A stretch of DNA of 64,000 nt from Felis catus. Lineage: Eukaryota. The DNA is taken from positions 9,488,001-9,552,000 of the forward strand of contig NC_058383.1 of assembly GCF_018350175.1 (NCBI RefSeq), given 5' to 3'. A program made the translations under genes and the position numbers. Below the pieces are notes generated by a model, which worked only from the letters and a program-made list of their open reading frames with translations, searched no databases and was not told the DNA's origin. This document shows, one piece after another, positions 1-13,780 of the stretch (position 1 is its first letter; each line of letters opens with the position of its first letter).

Positions 1-98
1 CACCATAAAGCCCGACGTGCAGCTTGAACCCATGAACCGTGAGACCACGGCCTGAGCCGGAGTCGGACGCTTAACCAACTGAGCCACCTAGGCGCCCC
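1..98 (-). mobile_element. CAN-SINE, tRNA-derived head, cut by the window edge
   Basis: Reverse complement of ggggcgcctaggtggctcagttggttaagcgtccgac. Confidence 0.9.
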
Positions 99-104
99 TG
101 GCTA

Positions 105-350
105 TTACTGCCTTCTATCCTTTAAAATAAACTGGTAACCTTGTAATAAGGAAACTGCTTTCCTGAGCTCTGTGAGCCACAGCAGCCAATGAATCAAACC
201 TGAGGAGGCTGGTTTCTAGCTCTGGTTTCTAGCTGATAAGTACAGGTGATGCTGGGACTTGAGACTCGTGTCTGAAGCTGGGGGCAGTCTTGTGGGACCG
301 GGCCCCCCACCCGGAGGACCCGAGGCTAACTCCAGGCAGACGGTTTCACA
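105..350. mobile_element. MER21-like LTR fragment
   Basis: tttcctgagctctgtgagccacagcagc...tctgaagctgggggcagtcttgtgggac; similar to the element at 8450-9190. Confidence 0.55.
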
Positions 351-1084
351 CCTGGAGGCATCCGAAGGGTGTGCAAGAACTCCCCATACATCTGGTCACA
401 GAACTATTCTGTGCGGGTCTCGAGGAGAAGAGAAAACCAGTTTTCCTCCTCTGCTGTCGCCCCCAAAGCTCTAAGCTTGAGGCTACTCTCTTCATTTGAA
501 AAGGGAAATTGGCAAGCGTTAGGTGGTAAAGATGCATCAGCACCAAACTGCAACCCTGTCCGTGTCAGTGATGCAACCGGACGGAAAGACAGAGAGCTGC
601 GCCTCCCGACGTGGTCCTTTGCCAATAGCCCCGCTACGACCCATCTGTTCACAAAACTGTCACAGACAGAAAGATCACGGGCCTGGGGTCAAACGTGAAC
701 CGGGTGCCGGCTGCAGCTCTGCCCTGTGCTAAGGACCTCGGGCAGTACTTGTAGTGCCCCTGAACCTCAGCTTATCTACCTGTGAAATGGCACCTTGTAC
801 TCTGGTCCCTGTGAGGTGCCAAGGAGAGATTCGAACAAGCGGACAGACGTAAAAGAACCTCGTAAACCCTAACGTGCTGTGGAAACACGAGGGGTTAGGC
901 TAAGGGAGCTCTGAGGCACAGGCCACCGATAAGGCGATGTCCCCGACTGAGCCCCAGATGCGGCAAGGCCACCTGCACCTCTGTCGCCTGGCTCTCTCCT
1001 GACCGAGGTCTGAGGACAGGGCACCGCTGGGACTGATGGACGGGCTCTGGAACGCAGAGAGGGATCTGGAGCACAGTCACTTAC

Positions 1085-1263
1085 ACTGGCTGAATTCTGG
1101 TGAACTCGGGGATTTCGTCTTTTTTCTTTCTGAAGAGGAACCAGTAGGTCAGGAGGCCCACGATGAGTGAAAACAGAATCATGTCCGTCATGCTGAAAAG
1201 AGACACTTCTTCAGCCACTGTCTCAGACACTGTGGCGCTGGCATCCACGTTGGAATCCCCCAT
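1085..1263 (-). CDS. POR: POR first coding exon, N-terminal membrane anchor of NADPH-cytochrome P450 reductase (exon spans 1085-1275 including 12 nt of 5'UTR; gene continues left of the window)
   Basis: Translates to MGDSNVDASATVSETVAEEVSLFSMTDMILFSLIVGLLTYWFLFRKKKDEIPEFTRIQP, close to the mammalian POR N-terminus. Kozak context GCCATGG. Pyrimidine-rich acceptor ...ctccctgcag ends at 1276; donor GTAAGT at 1084-1079 (phase 2). Confidence 0.97.
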
Positions 1264-1699
1264 GGCGAGAGGAATCTGCAGGGAGAGAAAGGGACACGTA
1301 TGAGCAGGGAGAAGTGGGGTCTGCCTGAGGCCCACGGGGGCGCACCCCCACCCCTCAAAGCTTCAGCCTGGGTCTCAGGGCCCCAAGGGCTACAGCAGCA
1401 GGCAAGGCACCGGGGCAGGAGCTGCTGGCCCCTCGAAGACACAGCTGCAGCTTTGGGTGGAAACTAAAATATTAAATGGCCCAGGAGTCCAAGGACCCAG
1501 CTGGGACTGGGGTCCCTGCAAACAGAGAACAGAAGCCACAGGCTCCCAGGGACACCGAGCCTCCTCCAGCCCCACATGGGCTTGGTTCCACATGAGAACG
1601 GGGACCATTTCGAGGCAAATGTTTTCCCCAACTGTGTGACAGGCCTGGGTGGCCCTAAACCCTGCACATTCCAAAGGCCTCCAGGGCTGGCCCTTGGAC

Positions 1700-2240
1700 G
1701 GCTGCTGGGAAATCACTTCTGAGCCCTGGGAAGACGCCGCCTGATGAGCGTGGACCTTACAGAGGGTTTACTGAGACGCTGGGCCAGGCTCAGATGGTTC
1801 ACGTTAACCATGCCATTCAGGATGAAGGGCTGGGGTTCTGGACTGCATCGTCTGGGTTTGACGTCCGGGATGCGGGAGACAGGGTAGATGAGGTTAGCGA
1901 TGCGGCGCTCCACGCCTGCTAGGCTGACTCCCATACAAACCCCACACATGAAGGCGGCCGGTGAGCCCCCCTGGTTGGTAACACTTTATACGTGTCGCCA
2001 CGCGTCGTTGCTGGGAGTGTTAAGCCCTGGCTGCTGACTCCAGCGGGCAAGGCCAACTGGAAGCTCGTGCCTGGTTTCTGCCGGACTCGGCCTACGGAGC
2101 CTTCTCCTTTGCTGGTTTCTGTCTGTGCCATAATATCCTTCTGCCATAATAAACTGCAACAGGGGGTGAGAGAGCTTTTCTGAGCCCTGTGAGTCCTGGC
2201 GAATCATGGAGCCTGACAGTGGTCCCGGGGACCCTCAGCA
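1700..2240. mobile_element. MER68/MER77-like LTR
   Basis: ggtaacactttatacgtgtcgccac...ctggaagctcgtgcctggtttct...cttctcctttgctggttt...aataaactgcaac. Confidence 0.5.
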
Positions 2241-3179
2241 CACCAACCTCATTCGTTCCCTGGAAAGATGCCCCCCCTGGTCCTGCCACCACTGAAACCC
2301 GGCAGAGAGGCAGGTCCGAGTCCACAAAGGGCAACGTGGGGAACCTGAAAGCCCGGCAGGACGCTTCTGCCACTTATTGAGGCTGAGCTCACCTCTGCAA
2401 CCTCGTCACTCGATTTTGCAATTGCCGCTGTTAACCAAGTGGGCAGCTCTCACCACTACCAGGCTTCCCAGCCTCAGCGGGGAAAGCCTTCGTCACATCT
2501 CGGCAGCTCAGGCACGCGAGATTGCCTCACATCTGCCTTCCGCTCGCTGTCCCGGCCGCTGGGAAACAACTCCAGGGTTGGCCCCCGCAGCCGCTCTGGC
2601 ATCCGAGGGCCCCGGCACCAGCTCTGCCCTTCTGGGGCCTGTCGGGCACGGGCCACTCAGAGCAGACTCTTGGGCTCAGCTGTCTGCTTTTTCGTTCATC
2701 TGAGGTGCTTTTCTAATGACTCAGTTCCTGCGATCATCATATTTGATATATTTCATATTCAAGGATGAACTCATGCACGTTGAAGATTTATTCAATGTTC
2801 GTTCTGCACGTCCTCCTGGCCAACCCTGCCAGTGTGGTCTGGCACACCCACAAGTCTTCTGTCTGCCAAGGTCTCACAGAACCATGGAGGGAGAGGATCC
2901 GTCCCACAGGGTCATGCCGTGCAGACCCTCGGAGCCCGGCTGACACAGAAAGCCCCCTTGTCCCCCACCGGCTCACGGAACAGCAAACGTCAGCTTCCTG
3001 TCCCATGGCCCTTTCTCCCCCTGACTCAGGTCACCCAGCCCCCCTTACTTCGGGGAGACTCCTGGCCATGAAGGAAAATGACCAATGATCGTTTCCTGAC
3101 ACCTATGTGAGCTGCCCATGCCATCTAGAAAGCTCATTCTGCAGGGGGCTCCCACAGGGATGGTGTGCCGGAGGGCAGT

Positions 3180-3710
3180 GGATTCACAGTCCCACATTTG
3201 GTTCCAGCTGCCCAGGCCACTGCCACAGACCTCTAAGGGGTCTGCTCCATGCAGAAGCCAGAGAGAGCCTTTTAAAAAGTAAGCCAGATCATGTCACCTC
3301 CCTAACCCAAATCCTCAAATGGCTTCATGTCCTACTGAGCACAAAATCTAAAAGCTCTGCCCCCTCCACCTTACCGCTCTCACCTCTCCTCACCAGTCAC
3401 ACTGGCCTCCCTGCTACCGCTCAAGCCTCCAGGTCTGCTCCTGCCTCAGGGCCTTTGCACACGTTAACGCTGCTGCCTGGACTCCATTCCTCTAGTTATC
3501 TGTAGGGTTCTCTCCCTCACTTCGTTCAGATCTCTGCTCAGATGTCACCATCTCAGAGAGACTCTGCCTCAGTATAGTTTCTGGTCGTTCTCCCTCCCCA
3601 TACTCCCTCTCAGCACCGATCACTACCTGGCATTATGTTATACGTTCCTTCCACTGACTGCAGGGTCAGCCCACAAGAGCAGGACTTCATTTTGTTCACA
3701 GCCTGACATA
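3180..3710. mobile_element. L2 LINE fragment
   Basis: aagtaagccagatcatgtcac; ctcctgcctcagggcctttgcac; ctccctcacttcgttcagatctctgctcagatgtcacc. Confidence 0.7.
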
Positions 3711-4807
3711 CAGATTACCGGGTGGCTTTATAATCTGCAAAGCATCACACAGATAACACATCATTACCGCAGTCTGTGAGGCTACGTTCACTTTCCTTCC
3801 CTCTGGCTCTGATACCTGACCATACTGCCTCCTTCGGCATCCGGGCCACTCCCCTCATTTCAGAGGAAGAACCCCATACATTCTTGCACCCCAGGGAGAC
3901 GACCAGGCACTGCCCACCGGGATGCTGACTCCCTGCAGCAAGCCAGGGTGGGGCTCAGGCCCTGAGGCCTGACCGGGACGGGGGACAAGGCCAGCACTCA
4001 GGGGTCTCAAAAGCACTGAGAGCAGCTTTGACTGCAAGGTGTAAAACTTCAGACAAGAGCGGCAGAGGAGCAGTAGAAAAGACCCGGAGATCATGATCAT
4101 TTTATCCGAGGCCTCCTTCTACTCTGGGGAAGTGAAGGCTCCAAGGACTGCTGAAACCAAGAAAGGGGCCCCAGCTTCCCAGGGGAGGGCTGTGTTCAGG
4201 ACCCATCTAGGCAGGATGATCTAAGAGACACGAGCCTTTCCCCTGCTCTGCTGTGAGCTCCCGAACGAGGAATAGTATCGGAAGTACCTCTGTATCTGGC
4301 ACAGAGTGGAAAGGAAGGCCTGGCAGACTGGCAAGAAGGAAGCCACGCTGAGAGGAAGGCCCTTTACCCCTACGCTTCCCATACGAGGACAGCAGCAGTG
4401 TGACTGGGGCTGAAGCCATGAACAGCTGCTAAACCATTATTTTCACACCGAGTCACTGTTTTCACACTGAAGCACACACACAAGACACCCACCTATATCC
4501 CCAGCCTAAGTCTCTGCACCCCTGCCCCAGTGCCTTTACACGTGCCCGAGACGCTTTTCCTCCAGTTGCTTCCTGACAGTCTCAGCTCGACTGTCACTCC
4601 CAAGCACTGTGCCAGGGTCATACTTTCCTGGCTCAGTGCCTGGCACACAATCTAATGCAGAATAACTACCCGTGGAATGGATGGAAGGTGTCAGTGAATA
4701 TATTATGACACGTGAAATATAAAATTTGCATGAACCGATAATACATAACAAGCAGATTTAAAAGGCATCTGGTGCTGGCGGTGTGCCCAAGTGGTGACCT
4801 GCTAGGA

Positions 4808-5113
4808 CAGAGGTTCCCAAACTTTCTCTGCTCACGGAGCCCCTGGTAGCTTAGTAAAATTTCCATGGTCTCCCCAGGCCCGTGGCTACTCTGTTTATGA
4901 AGCAGTCAGGTCCAAACAGCCCCTGAGAACCCGGCCTGGCAAAGACACAAGTCGGCCAAAGAAAGGCGGCGTGAGCTAATGTTCAAAACTAGCAACCCAA
5001 GCTGGTATACTTCACGCAGAGTTTGACAGATGTCACTTGCACCGCGCGGGTAGATTAGGTGCCTCTGGGAGTGTGCCCTGAGCCACCTCCACACGGTCTG
5101 GTATAAAACCACT
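4808..5113. mobile_element. hAT-Charlie-type DNA transposon remnant
   Basis: Terminus cagaggttcccaaactttct; degenerate opposite end ...aaaccact. Confidence 0.45.
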
Positions 5114-5592
5114 CTCCTCTGATGGCTGAAAGATTGTGATGAGAAAATCTTGGATGTCCCGTTTTACAAGAATGTTCCCCACTTCAAGTATGGCAGGGTG
5201 ACTGACTGCAGGACAGTCCGTCAGAGACCCTCCAAGGAGACTCCGGGAGCCCTGTGCACTCTTTCTGCCCTGGAACAATCTCTAATCCGTAGGCCGTTTC
5301 TTCTTCCCACATTTAGTGAAGAGGAGGAATGCTGGGAAGTGCAGAGCTCTTGGGGTCAAAGGCAACACTTGTCCGCAGCAGAAACAAAAAAAAACAAAAC
5401 CAAAAAGGAAAATGTACATGAGAAAACAGAGCAACTTCTTAACCGGAGCAGGCTCTCGGCCACAGGGCTGCGGCTTGAATGTTCTCCTGTGGAAAATTAG
5501 GCAGGGAAAAAAGGGCACATCAGATCTGATCTTTTGCTACAAATTAGGTCTGTACATAGAGCTTTTGTCTTTATTAGAAAAGAACATTACAT

Positions 5593-5805
5593 GGGGCGCC
5601 TGGGTGGCTCAGTCGGTTGGGCGTCCGACTTCGGCTCAGGTCATGGTCTTGCGGCTCTGGAGTTCGAGGCCCGCCGTCAGGCTCTGTGCTGGCAGCTCGG
5701 AGCCTGGAGCCTGCTACGGATTCTGTGTCTCCCTCTCTCTCTGCTTCAACCCCAGTTACACTGTCTCTCTGTCTCTCTCAAAAATAAATAAACATTAAAA
5801 AAAAA
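5593..5805 (+). mobile_element. SINEC_Fc-type SINE
   Basis: ggggcgcctgggtggctcagtcgg head, (CT)n region, A tail. Confidence 0.93.
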
Positions 5806-6284
5806 GAAGACAATTACATACAGAAAAGGACACACGTAGGTAGGCAGACAGATATGAGAGAAACCATTCCTCGTGAATTTCAACAGGTGATGCCGCAGGC
5901 CAAGGGTGACTCGCCCTGGCACGTCTGAAAAGGCAAACGAGGCAGAAGGGCCCTTTCTCCATCTGACTCTTCACAACACCGCAGTGTAAAATCATCCTCA
6001 AGGAAGTACTTATGGCTTTGCGTTTACTGTATGCAATTTCTGGTCAGTAAACAAGACTGATTGAGCAACCCGGCACCGATACCGGGGTGAGCCGGTCTCC
6101 TAAAGCAGCAACGAGGAGGTTAGAAGCCTGAGCAAGCGATTTAGTTCGTCCCTCAGGCGTGCACATCACCCAGCGGCAGTCACCAGCACCTCATGGCGTC
6201 CACCCTCAGCTGCGGTGGGAATAGCATCTGCTCAAGTTCACAAATCTCTGCCAATGAGTAGTGGTTTCAAGATGAGGGGAGACC

Positions 6285-6479
6285 GGGGCTCCTGGGTGGC
6301 TCAGGTGGTTACACGTCCGACTTTGGCTCAGGTCATGATCTCACGATCTCAAGAGTTCTAGCCCTGTATCGGGTTCTGCACCGACACTGTGGAGCCTGCT
6401 TGGGATTCTCTCTCCTCTCTCTGCCTCTCCTCCACTTGCGCTCTCTCTCCCTCTCAAATAAATAAACTTAAAAAAAAAA
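6285..6479 (+). mobile_element. CAN-SINE
   Basis: Head, (CT)n region, A tail. Confidence 0.9.
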
Positions 6480-8186
6480 GGTCAGGAAAAACCCTCAAGG
6501 GAGCCAAGCCTGCTCCCGTCTAACAGCTTAGCCTCCAGGGATGGGGGGGGGGGGGTGCTCAGGGGAAGGGCCCTCCCCAAGGCGGCCTCTAAAAAGCAGG
6601 GCTCAAGAAAGCAGCAGATTCCTCTCTAGCAACTTGCCCACCAAGTTGACCCTGCAAACCGAGACACGGCCGCTGTGGATTTCTCTGGAGTCACCGTTTT
6701 TAGGGTTCACTTGGTTTCTTGAATCTGCAGGTTTGAGGACTTGCAGCCATTATTTCTTTGACTATCTTTCCAGCTCCCCACCCCCCTTTCTCTACTGCCA
6801 AGATGACGATGACGTAAACGTGTTCTGTGGCGGGTCCTCCAAGTCCCTGAGGCTCCGTTCACTTTTTTCCGCCTCATGTCTCTCCGTTGCTCCCCGCTGA
6901 CAAGATAATTCCACTAAGCACTCTAGCTTCAAGTTCCCCTGTCTTCACCATTCTACTATGGCGCCATCCATGGAGCTTTCGCCATGGTATTTTTCAGTTC
7001 TAAGAGGATTGTCTGGCTCTCCTTTATACCTTGTAGGATTCCAACATCGATGTCACTTTGATCACTGTTGATTGTTTTTTTCTCATTCAAGTTGAAATTT
7101 TCCTAGTGTTCAGTACGGGGAGTGATTTGTAATTGTGTCCTGGGCATTCTGGGAATAGTGTCTGGAAGACACTCTGAGTCTTATTTATATGCTCTCTTTC
7201 ATCGGGTCTTCTCTGCCACCATGAGGGTTGGGGGATGGAAGGCGCCAACTCATTGCTGTCATTCATAAGCATGTCCCGGCCGGTACAACGCCATGGGGGA
7301 ATAAATTGAGCTCTGAGGAAGGTGAAGGTAAGATCATCGGAGACAATCAAAGAAGGGACACCCAGGGACTAACATCATGAAAAAATGACCCAGGCCCAGC
7401 AGCCAGATAAGGAAGATGAGAGGGTTTAGACAGGGGAAGTGCATACCAAGGCTCGAACCGTAGAAGAGCAGTAGCTACAGAATCTGGAGCGACTCAAGTG
7501 TGCTACGATGGGATGTGTTTGTATGTGTGGGTGCACAGGTGGTCAGAAAGAGACAAGCTTTTGGAAATAGGCCGAGACCAGTGTGCAAAGGGGCCAGGAG
7601 CCCTCTATATGTGTCTGGGGTCTTTGGGCCCTGGGCAGCCGGGGACAACCGGGCAGGGGTGTGGCATGATTAACACCTATGCCATTGGTGGGAACCTGGA
7701 CAATGGTGCCTCCACCCACCATGTCAGTACAATCACGAGGCCTTGACCAAGGCATCCTGATCTGGAACGTGCTCAGGCCAACATTCCACAGCACGCTGAT
7801 GACCCCCCCATCACCACCACCACAAAATGGGACTTGTGGGTGTGATCTGGAGACACATGACTGGGCCTGTATCTGATGCAATGATGTAAAAGAGGAAGGA
7901 AGCCAGGAGAACTGGATGTGTCAGAGCATGACTTGGCAAAAAGGAAACAAGACAGCCAGCATCACTCAGCACAAATTGAGCTGACAAAGCCTAGAGGAGC
8001 AGACCACTGGGACGGTAGCTGCCATAGAGGACCACGCGGGCTTGCTCCTACCACTCCCTCTGGGGCCACGGCCACCTGGCCTGAACTCCAAGTGGGGTGA
8101 ACCCACAGCTCTCCTATACTCTTGGCAAATACTCCAGGGCATTTGGTGGGGATACTTAGTAACACCATTAAAAGTTAGCACAGGGT

Positions 8187-8403
8187 GGGGCGCCTGAGTG
8201 GCTCAGTCCGTTGAGCATCCGACTTTGACTCAGGGATCTGTGATCTCTCGGTCTGTGAGTTCGAGCCCCGCATCGGGCTCTGTGCTGACAGCTCAGAGTC
8301 TGGAGCCTGCTTTGGATTCTGTGTTTCCCTCTCTCTCTGCCCCTCCTCCACTCATGCTCTCTCAAAAATAAACATTAAAAAAAAAGAAAGAAAGAAAATG
8401 TTT
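8187..8403 (+). mobile_element. SINEC_Fc-type SINE
   Basis: 17-bp TSD taaaagttagcacaggg. Confidence 0.93.
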
Positions 8404-8449
8404 TAAAAGTTAGCACAGGGCAACTGATGGGCACAACATACTTCACAGG

Positions 8450-9190
8450 AGCTCTATGAGATACTAGAAAATATATATATCAGTCTCTGCCTCCAGTTCC
8501 TGGGACAGAGCTCCTAAAACCCTTGTAATTTCCTAAGCAATAAAAAGCACAAAGAGCATCTCTTGTTCTAATGAGACTCTGGGTGGGCTCCTGGAGGGGA
8601 GATGGTCACCAGAGAGACAAGGCATAACTGGCAGCTTGGAACTTTCAGCCCTGCCTGTCCCCTTCTCCAGAGAGGGAGTTAATGACTGAGCATGCCACCC
8701 GAGGAAGCGGGAGCACCAAGATCCCAATAGTACAGGGTTCAGAGGGTGTCCACATACCAGCACGGGTGATGCCCCCCGACTCCTGTACTTGGGGCCCCTC
8801 CCAGACCCCACCCTGCGTATCTCTTCACCTTGTTGTTCACCGGTATCCTTTATCATGTCCTTTAATAAATGTAAGTGTTTCCCTGTGTGGCGTGAACTGC
8901 TCTAGCAAGTAAACTGAACTTGAGGAGAGGGTTGTAGGACCCCCCCCCCCCCGCTTTTACTGCTGGTTAGTCATACGCACAGGTGACAACCTGGATTTGC
9001 AATTGGCATCTGAAGTCGGGGGGAGCAGCCCTGTGGGACTGAGCCCTTCACGTGCGGGATCTGACATCAGCCCCGGGTAGATGGAGTCCGAGTTGAGTTC
9101 AACTGTAAGGGTACCCAGTTCCTGTCACAGAGTTGCTTGTTGTGGGGGACCCCCACCCCCACATCTGGGGTCAGAAGTGCTGTGAGTGTG
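8450..9190. mobile_element. MER21-like ERV LTR
   Basis: cagagctcctaaaacccttgtaatttcc...ggcatctgaagtcggggggagcagccctgtgggactgagccc. Confidence 0.6.
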
Positions 9191-9501
9191 GGCTTTTCTC
9201 ATATAAGGTCATACCAGTTCATCCTGCTGCCTAGACCTTTGCCTCAATTAATTCTTAATACAAATGAGGAAACGAGAAACACAGGAAGCTGGAGGACATG
9301 CCTTAGTTTACTCACTGGGCAGACCAGTTCTGAAGTCTGCTCTGCCTCTAGAGCATCAGCAGGAATAGGAGCGACAGGCTCTTGAGAAGCCCCGACAACA
9401 GAACCCTCCCTGCAGGGCAGGTTATGGTTCACACGGCACATCCACACAGGAGGCCTCGGCACGGACCATGGTACTCTCCTATGCTTGACGGAAGTGGGAC
9501 C

Positions 9502-10259
9502 GGGGGGCCCTGGGTGGCTCAGTCGGTTTAGCGTCCGCCTCTTGATTTTTGCTCAGGTCATGATCCCGGGGTCGTGAGATCAAGCCCCGCATCGGCTCTG
9601 CAATGAGTGTGGAGCCTGCTTGAGATATCTTCTCTCTCTCTCCCCTCCCTCCCTCTGCCCCCCCACTGCTCATCCTTGCTCTTGAGCTCTTTCTCTAGAA
9701 TAAAAAAAATAATAAGGGGTACCTGGGTGGCTCAGCTGGTTAAGCATCTGACTCTTGGTTTCAGCTCAGGTCATGATCTCATGGTTTGGGGGTTTGAGCC
9801 CCGTGTCAGGCTCTGTGCTTACAGCTCCGAGCCTGGAGCCTGCGTCAGATTCTGTGTCTCCCTCGCTCTCTGCCCCTCCCCTGCTCAGGCTCTGTCTCTG
9901 TCTCTCTAAAATGAATAAACGTTAAAAAAAAATTTCTTTAAAAAAAAAAAAAAGAGAGAGGGAAAGTTACAGAAGGGCTCCACATTTAGCATCAAAGACA
10001 GATTGAAACACAATCAGAAAGAGTCCCCGGGATGGGAAGTCTCCTGGGGCGCCCAGGTGGCTCAGTCAGGTAGGGGTCCAACCCTTGATTTAGGCTCAGG
10101 TCATGATTTCAGTGTTTGTGAGTTCGAGCCCTGCATCAGGCTTTGTGCTGACAGTGCAGAGCCTGCTCGGGATTCTCTCTGCCCCCTCCTTGCTTGTTCT
10201 CTATCTCTCTCAAAACAAATAAATGTTAAAAATAATTAAAAAAAAAAAAAAAAAAAAAA
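9502..10259 (+). mobile_element. Cluster of three CAN-SINEs (about 9502-9715, 9716-9952, 10045-10259)
   Basis: Three heads and three A tails; the second copy starts directly at the end of the first copy's tail. Confidence 0.9.
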
Positions 10260-12047
10260 GAGTCCCAGGATGGAGCGGTCCTCAAAACATGCCACATGAG
10301 AAACAGTACAGGAAGGTTTACCGTAAAGAGGATTCAGAGGCAGCGGGACCACCTGCTCTTTGGGTAATCAGAGAACAGAGGAGGGAGAGGTCTCCTGAGG
10401 GCAGAAGTGAGCCCTGGTAACGGGGGACAGAGATTTACACGCTGTTCCAGGAGAACTTTCTAATAAAGGAGTCTGAAGGGAGAATGAGCAGCTGTGAAGC
10501 AGGGCCCCCATCATAAGAGATGTGTCCACAGAAGGCTGGGTAACTCAATGACAGAGAGAGTGCCTGCCATCCCCGGAGCCTGGGAATAGACCAGCCAAGT
10601 GTATGCTCATTAACCTGGACTGGTTGAGGTTGGTGATTAAGGCCAGAGGGGCAAAGCCCAAGTCTCTGGCCTGAGTTAACAGTGAAATATGGGTTCCTGG
10701 ATCTCTTTCACGGAACCCTTTGAGACACACAGACACACACAGTTCTAGTTCATAGTCAACAAGAACCATGGAAAGCAAAGGCAGATGATGACACAGTGAT
10801 GGGAGATCCCACAGCACAGCCTCAGGACTCAGAAAAGAGGAAGAAAAACAGGGAGGCTGAGAACAGAGCTCTGAAAAAGGAAGGCGGACATACTGACTCT
10901 CTGGATTAAGACACCAGTCCCAAGAACACTGGGGCTTCACACAGAGTGGGGCTTTCCGCTTTAATGAGGAGCCCCTGTGGGGCTTCTGCCTTCCCAGGGA
11001 CGCCATCCTCATGTCTACACTGCGTCTTTACCCACCCACCTCGGTCTGCACAGACTCAAGATGTTACTGCTAGCAGTCCTGAAGGAGAGAGCAACAACAG
11101 AAAGTATCGATCCCTGCAGCTATGAAAAAGGAGCGCACTACCCCCACCCACGGGAACAGGGCTGAATCTCACAGACACGATGCTGAACAAGAGAAGTCAA
11201 ATATGTAAGAGCACCAACCGCTTATGGATGAACTTCAAGAAATAGACAGAAGTAATCTACAGGGACAGGCATCAGACTCGTGGTCACCTCTGGGGCCCGG
11301 GTCACGAGCGGGAGACACCAGGGACGCTCCTGGCACACTGGGCGATGCGCACTACCTTGCTCTGGGGTGGCAGCAGCAGGGAGTCTGTCCGCGTAAAACT
11401 CCCGCGAGTGGCGCACTCACGGTCTGTGCCCTTGACCGCGTGTGAGTCACACCGCAGCACGAGTGTATGTCCACGATACAAAGGCACGTGTGCTTGGTCT
11501 CAGTGATGGAAAAGCATGTACATGTACACATAAAGTGACACGTCAGAGGATCGCCCCAAAAACAGTGCCTCAGGGATGAGGTTTTAATTTTTTTCTCACT
11601 TCCTTTTTAACGTATTATTTGTTTGCATTTTAAACAATGAGTGTGCGTTACTTACTGGGCCAGAAGAATATTTGAAAGCTGTTTTCTCATGGGAAAAAAA
11701 AAAAACAAAAACGCCCAGGCTTCTGGGTCTAGGGAGCCCTTTCGCGAGCTACGCCTCTCACTAGGACTGACAGCATGCTCACTGCAGCACTGCTTCGAAG
11801 AACCCCAAGCTGGACGCTCAGGTGTCCAAGCCACACAATGGGGGCTCTAAGCAGGGAGAGCTATAGGCCTCTCACTGGAAGACGGCCAAAACCTACTGAA
11901 CATGAAGTTATATTCCTCTCGTGAAACCACTAATGAAATAGAAAAATTATGTATTTCTCCAGAAAAATGATCCAGAGGGATTTCCTCTAGGGAATGTCTA
12001 CACTATGACCAGAGAGGTAAGTGTCTAAAGAGCTCTTTGCTTTGTCT

Positions 12048-12058
12048 TTTTTTTTTTT

Positions 12059-12097
<39 letters not shown>

Positions 12098-12272
12098 AGA
12101 GAGCGCGCGCACACACCTGTGCAAATGGTGGGGGAGGGACAGGAGAGAGAATCCTAAGCAGGCTCTGTGCTCCACATAGAGCCAGATGTGGGGCTCGATC
12201 CCATGACCCTGGGATCACGACCTGAGCTGAAACCAAGAGGCGGATGCTCAAGAGACTAAGACAGGTGTCCAG
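12048..12272 (-). mobile_element. CAN-SINE with (GA)n tract
   Basis: Poly-T, (GA)n, reverse-complement head. Confidence 0.88.
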
Positions 12273-12329
12273 GTATCCCTGTCTGTCCGCTTTAATGAGA
12301 TGGCTGGCATTCGTGACATTCACATGTTA

Positions 12330-13770
12330 CATCGGAAATTAAAAATAAATACACGGCAGCTGGGTTTCTTACTGCTGTAGAAGGGAGCTACAAATGCAGA
12401 CAGAAACGGGATGCCAGCTGCATTGTTGCACTAGAATTGGAGGGTGTGTGTGTGCATGGAAACGTGTGTGTACGGGGTGTATTTCTTAGTTTTGTCTGCG
12501 GAGAGGGCCGAGTGAGGATACCCCAGGACCAAGGACCCATCTAGCCCCCCAGATCCTGGTTTCTAAACAGTGTTCCCCCTCAGAAGGAACCAGGGCTCCC
12601 TGCAGAAATGGCCGACTCCAGACTGGGACAGGAAAATAATGACTGGGCCTGGGTCACCTTGCAGTGCAGGAAAGTAATGAAGGGCTTAAAGAATGAGGGG
12701 AATGCATCAAAAGGACGCAGGGTCCTGGAAAGGGTTCCCGCTGGCCAAATCTGGGACAATTTGAACACCTAAATAAATACCAGAGCGACAGATTAGAACC
12801 CATTGGACAAAAGAACAGGACACAAGTCAATACTGATATAAATAACTTGCAAGTCAAAGTTTGATGAGAAGGAGGACAGCCTGGCTGATACCACCATAAC
12901 CAAGTGATCCAAGGTAATGGCTCCAGGGGTGCCTGGATGGCTCAGTTGGTTAAGTGTCTGCCTTTGGCTCAGGTCATGATCTCACGGCTTGTGAGTTCAA
13001 GCCCTGCACTGGGCTCTGTGCTGACAGCTCAGAGCCTGGAGCCTGCTTCAGATTCTGTGTTTCCCTCTCTCTCTGCCCCTCCCTCACTATCTGTCTGTCT
13101 CTCTCTCAAAAATAAATAAACATTAAAAAATAAAAATAAAAAAAAGTAATGGCTCCAATACTGGGACAAAGTGACACTGCCCACCACCTTTCATGGTGCT
13201 CTAAAGGACACAATGGCATTTCTGTGATACTCTGCCAAAAATACATAATCTGAATCTTACCGTTGTCAGATCCACCCTGAGGGACATACTACAAAGTATG
13301 GCCTTTTTGGAAAATGTCAAGGGCAAATATTTTAAGGAAATAATGAACTGCTTTAGGGCATAGAAGAGTGGTTACAGTCAAATGCAATCTTGGGCCAGGA
13401 AAAGAAAAAGAAACTAGTTTCCCTTGCTATAAGAGAGGTGAATGGCAAAATATGAATAAACTCCACATTCAGAAAAACTATGGTTATGTAAAAAAAAAAA
13501 ATCCTTGAATTTTAGAAAATAAACACTGAATTACTTATGGATAAATGAGCACCCTATCTGTAACTTATTCTCAAGTACATCAGGGGAAAAAATGTTTAAA
13601 AAATATACATATATATGTGGGGAGAAAGAGAGAATGATAAAGCAAACATGGTAAAATTTAGCAAACATGGTTAATATTTGGGGGAAACTGAGTAAAAAGT
13701 AATCAAGAATTCACTATTTTTGCAACTTTCCTATAAATAAAACTATTTCAAAATAAAACAAGTTAGAAGT
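12330..13770 (+). mobile_element. Ancient L1MC-type 3' end interrupted by a SINE
   Basis: cccagatcctggtttctaaa...aaggaaccagggctcc and terminal tttgcaactttcctataa...tttcaaaataaaa. Confidence 0.6.
12926..13145 (+). mobile_element. SINEC_Fc-type SINE
   Basis: TSD aa(g/a)gtaatggctcca. Confidence 0.92.
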
Positions 13771-13780
13771 ATATATGATT

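Noticed and set aside
207..233. Short tandem duplications (ctggtttctagct x2; also agcaaacatggt near 13641 and aacagtatgact near 32032)
   Set aside because: Ordinary 12-20 nt slippage duplications with no spacer/array structure; not CRISPR-like or otherwise systematic.
1264..1335. N-terminal extension of POR suggested by the ORF track (MGLRQTPLL...)
   Set aside because: Mostly intronic sequence upstream of the acceptor at 1276 and starts at a non-ATG codon; the true start is the Kozak ATG at 1263.
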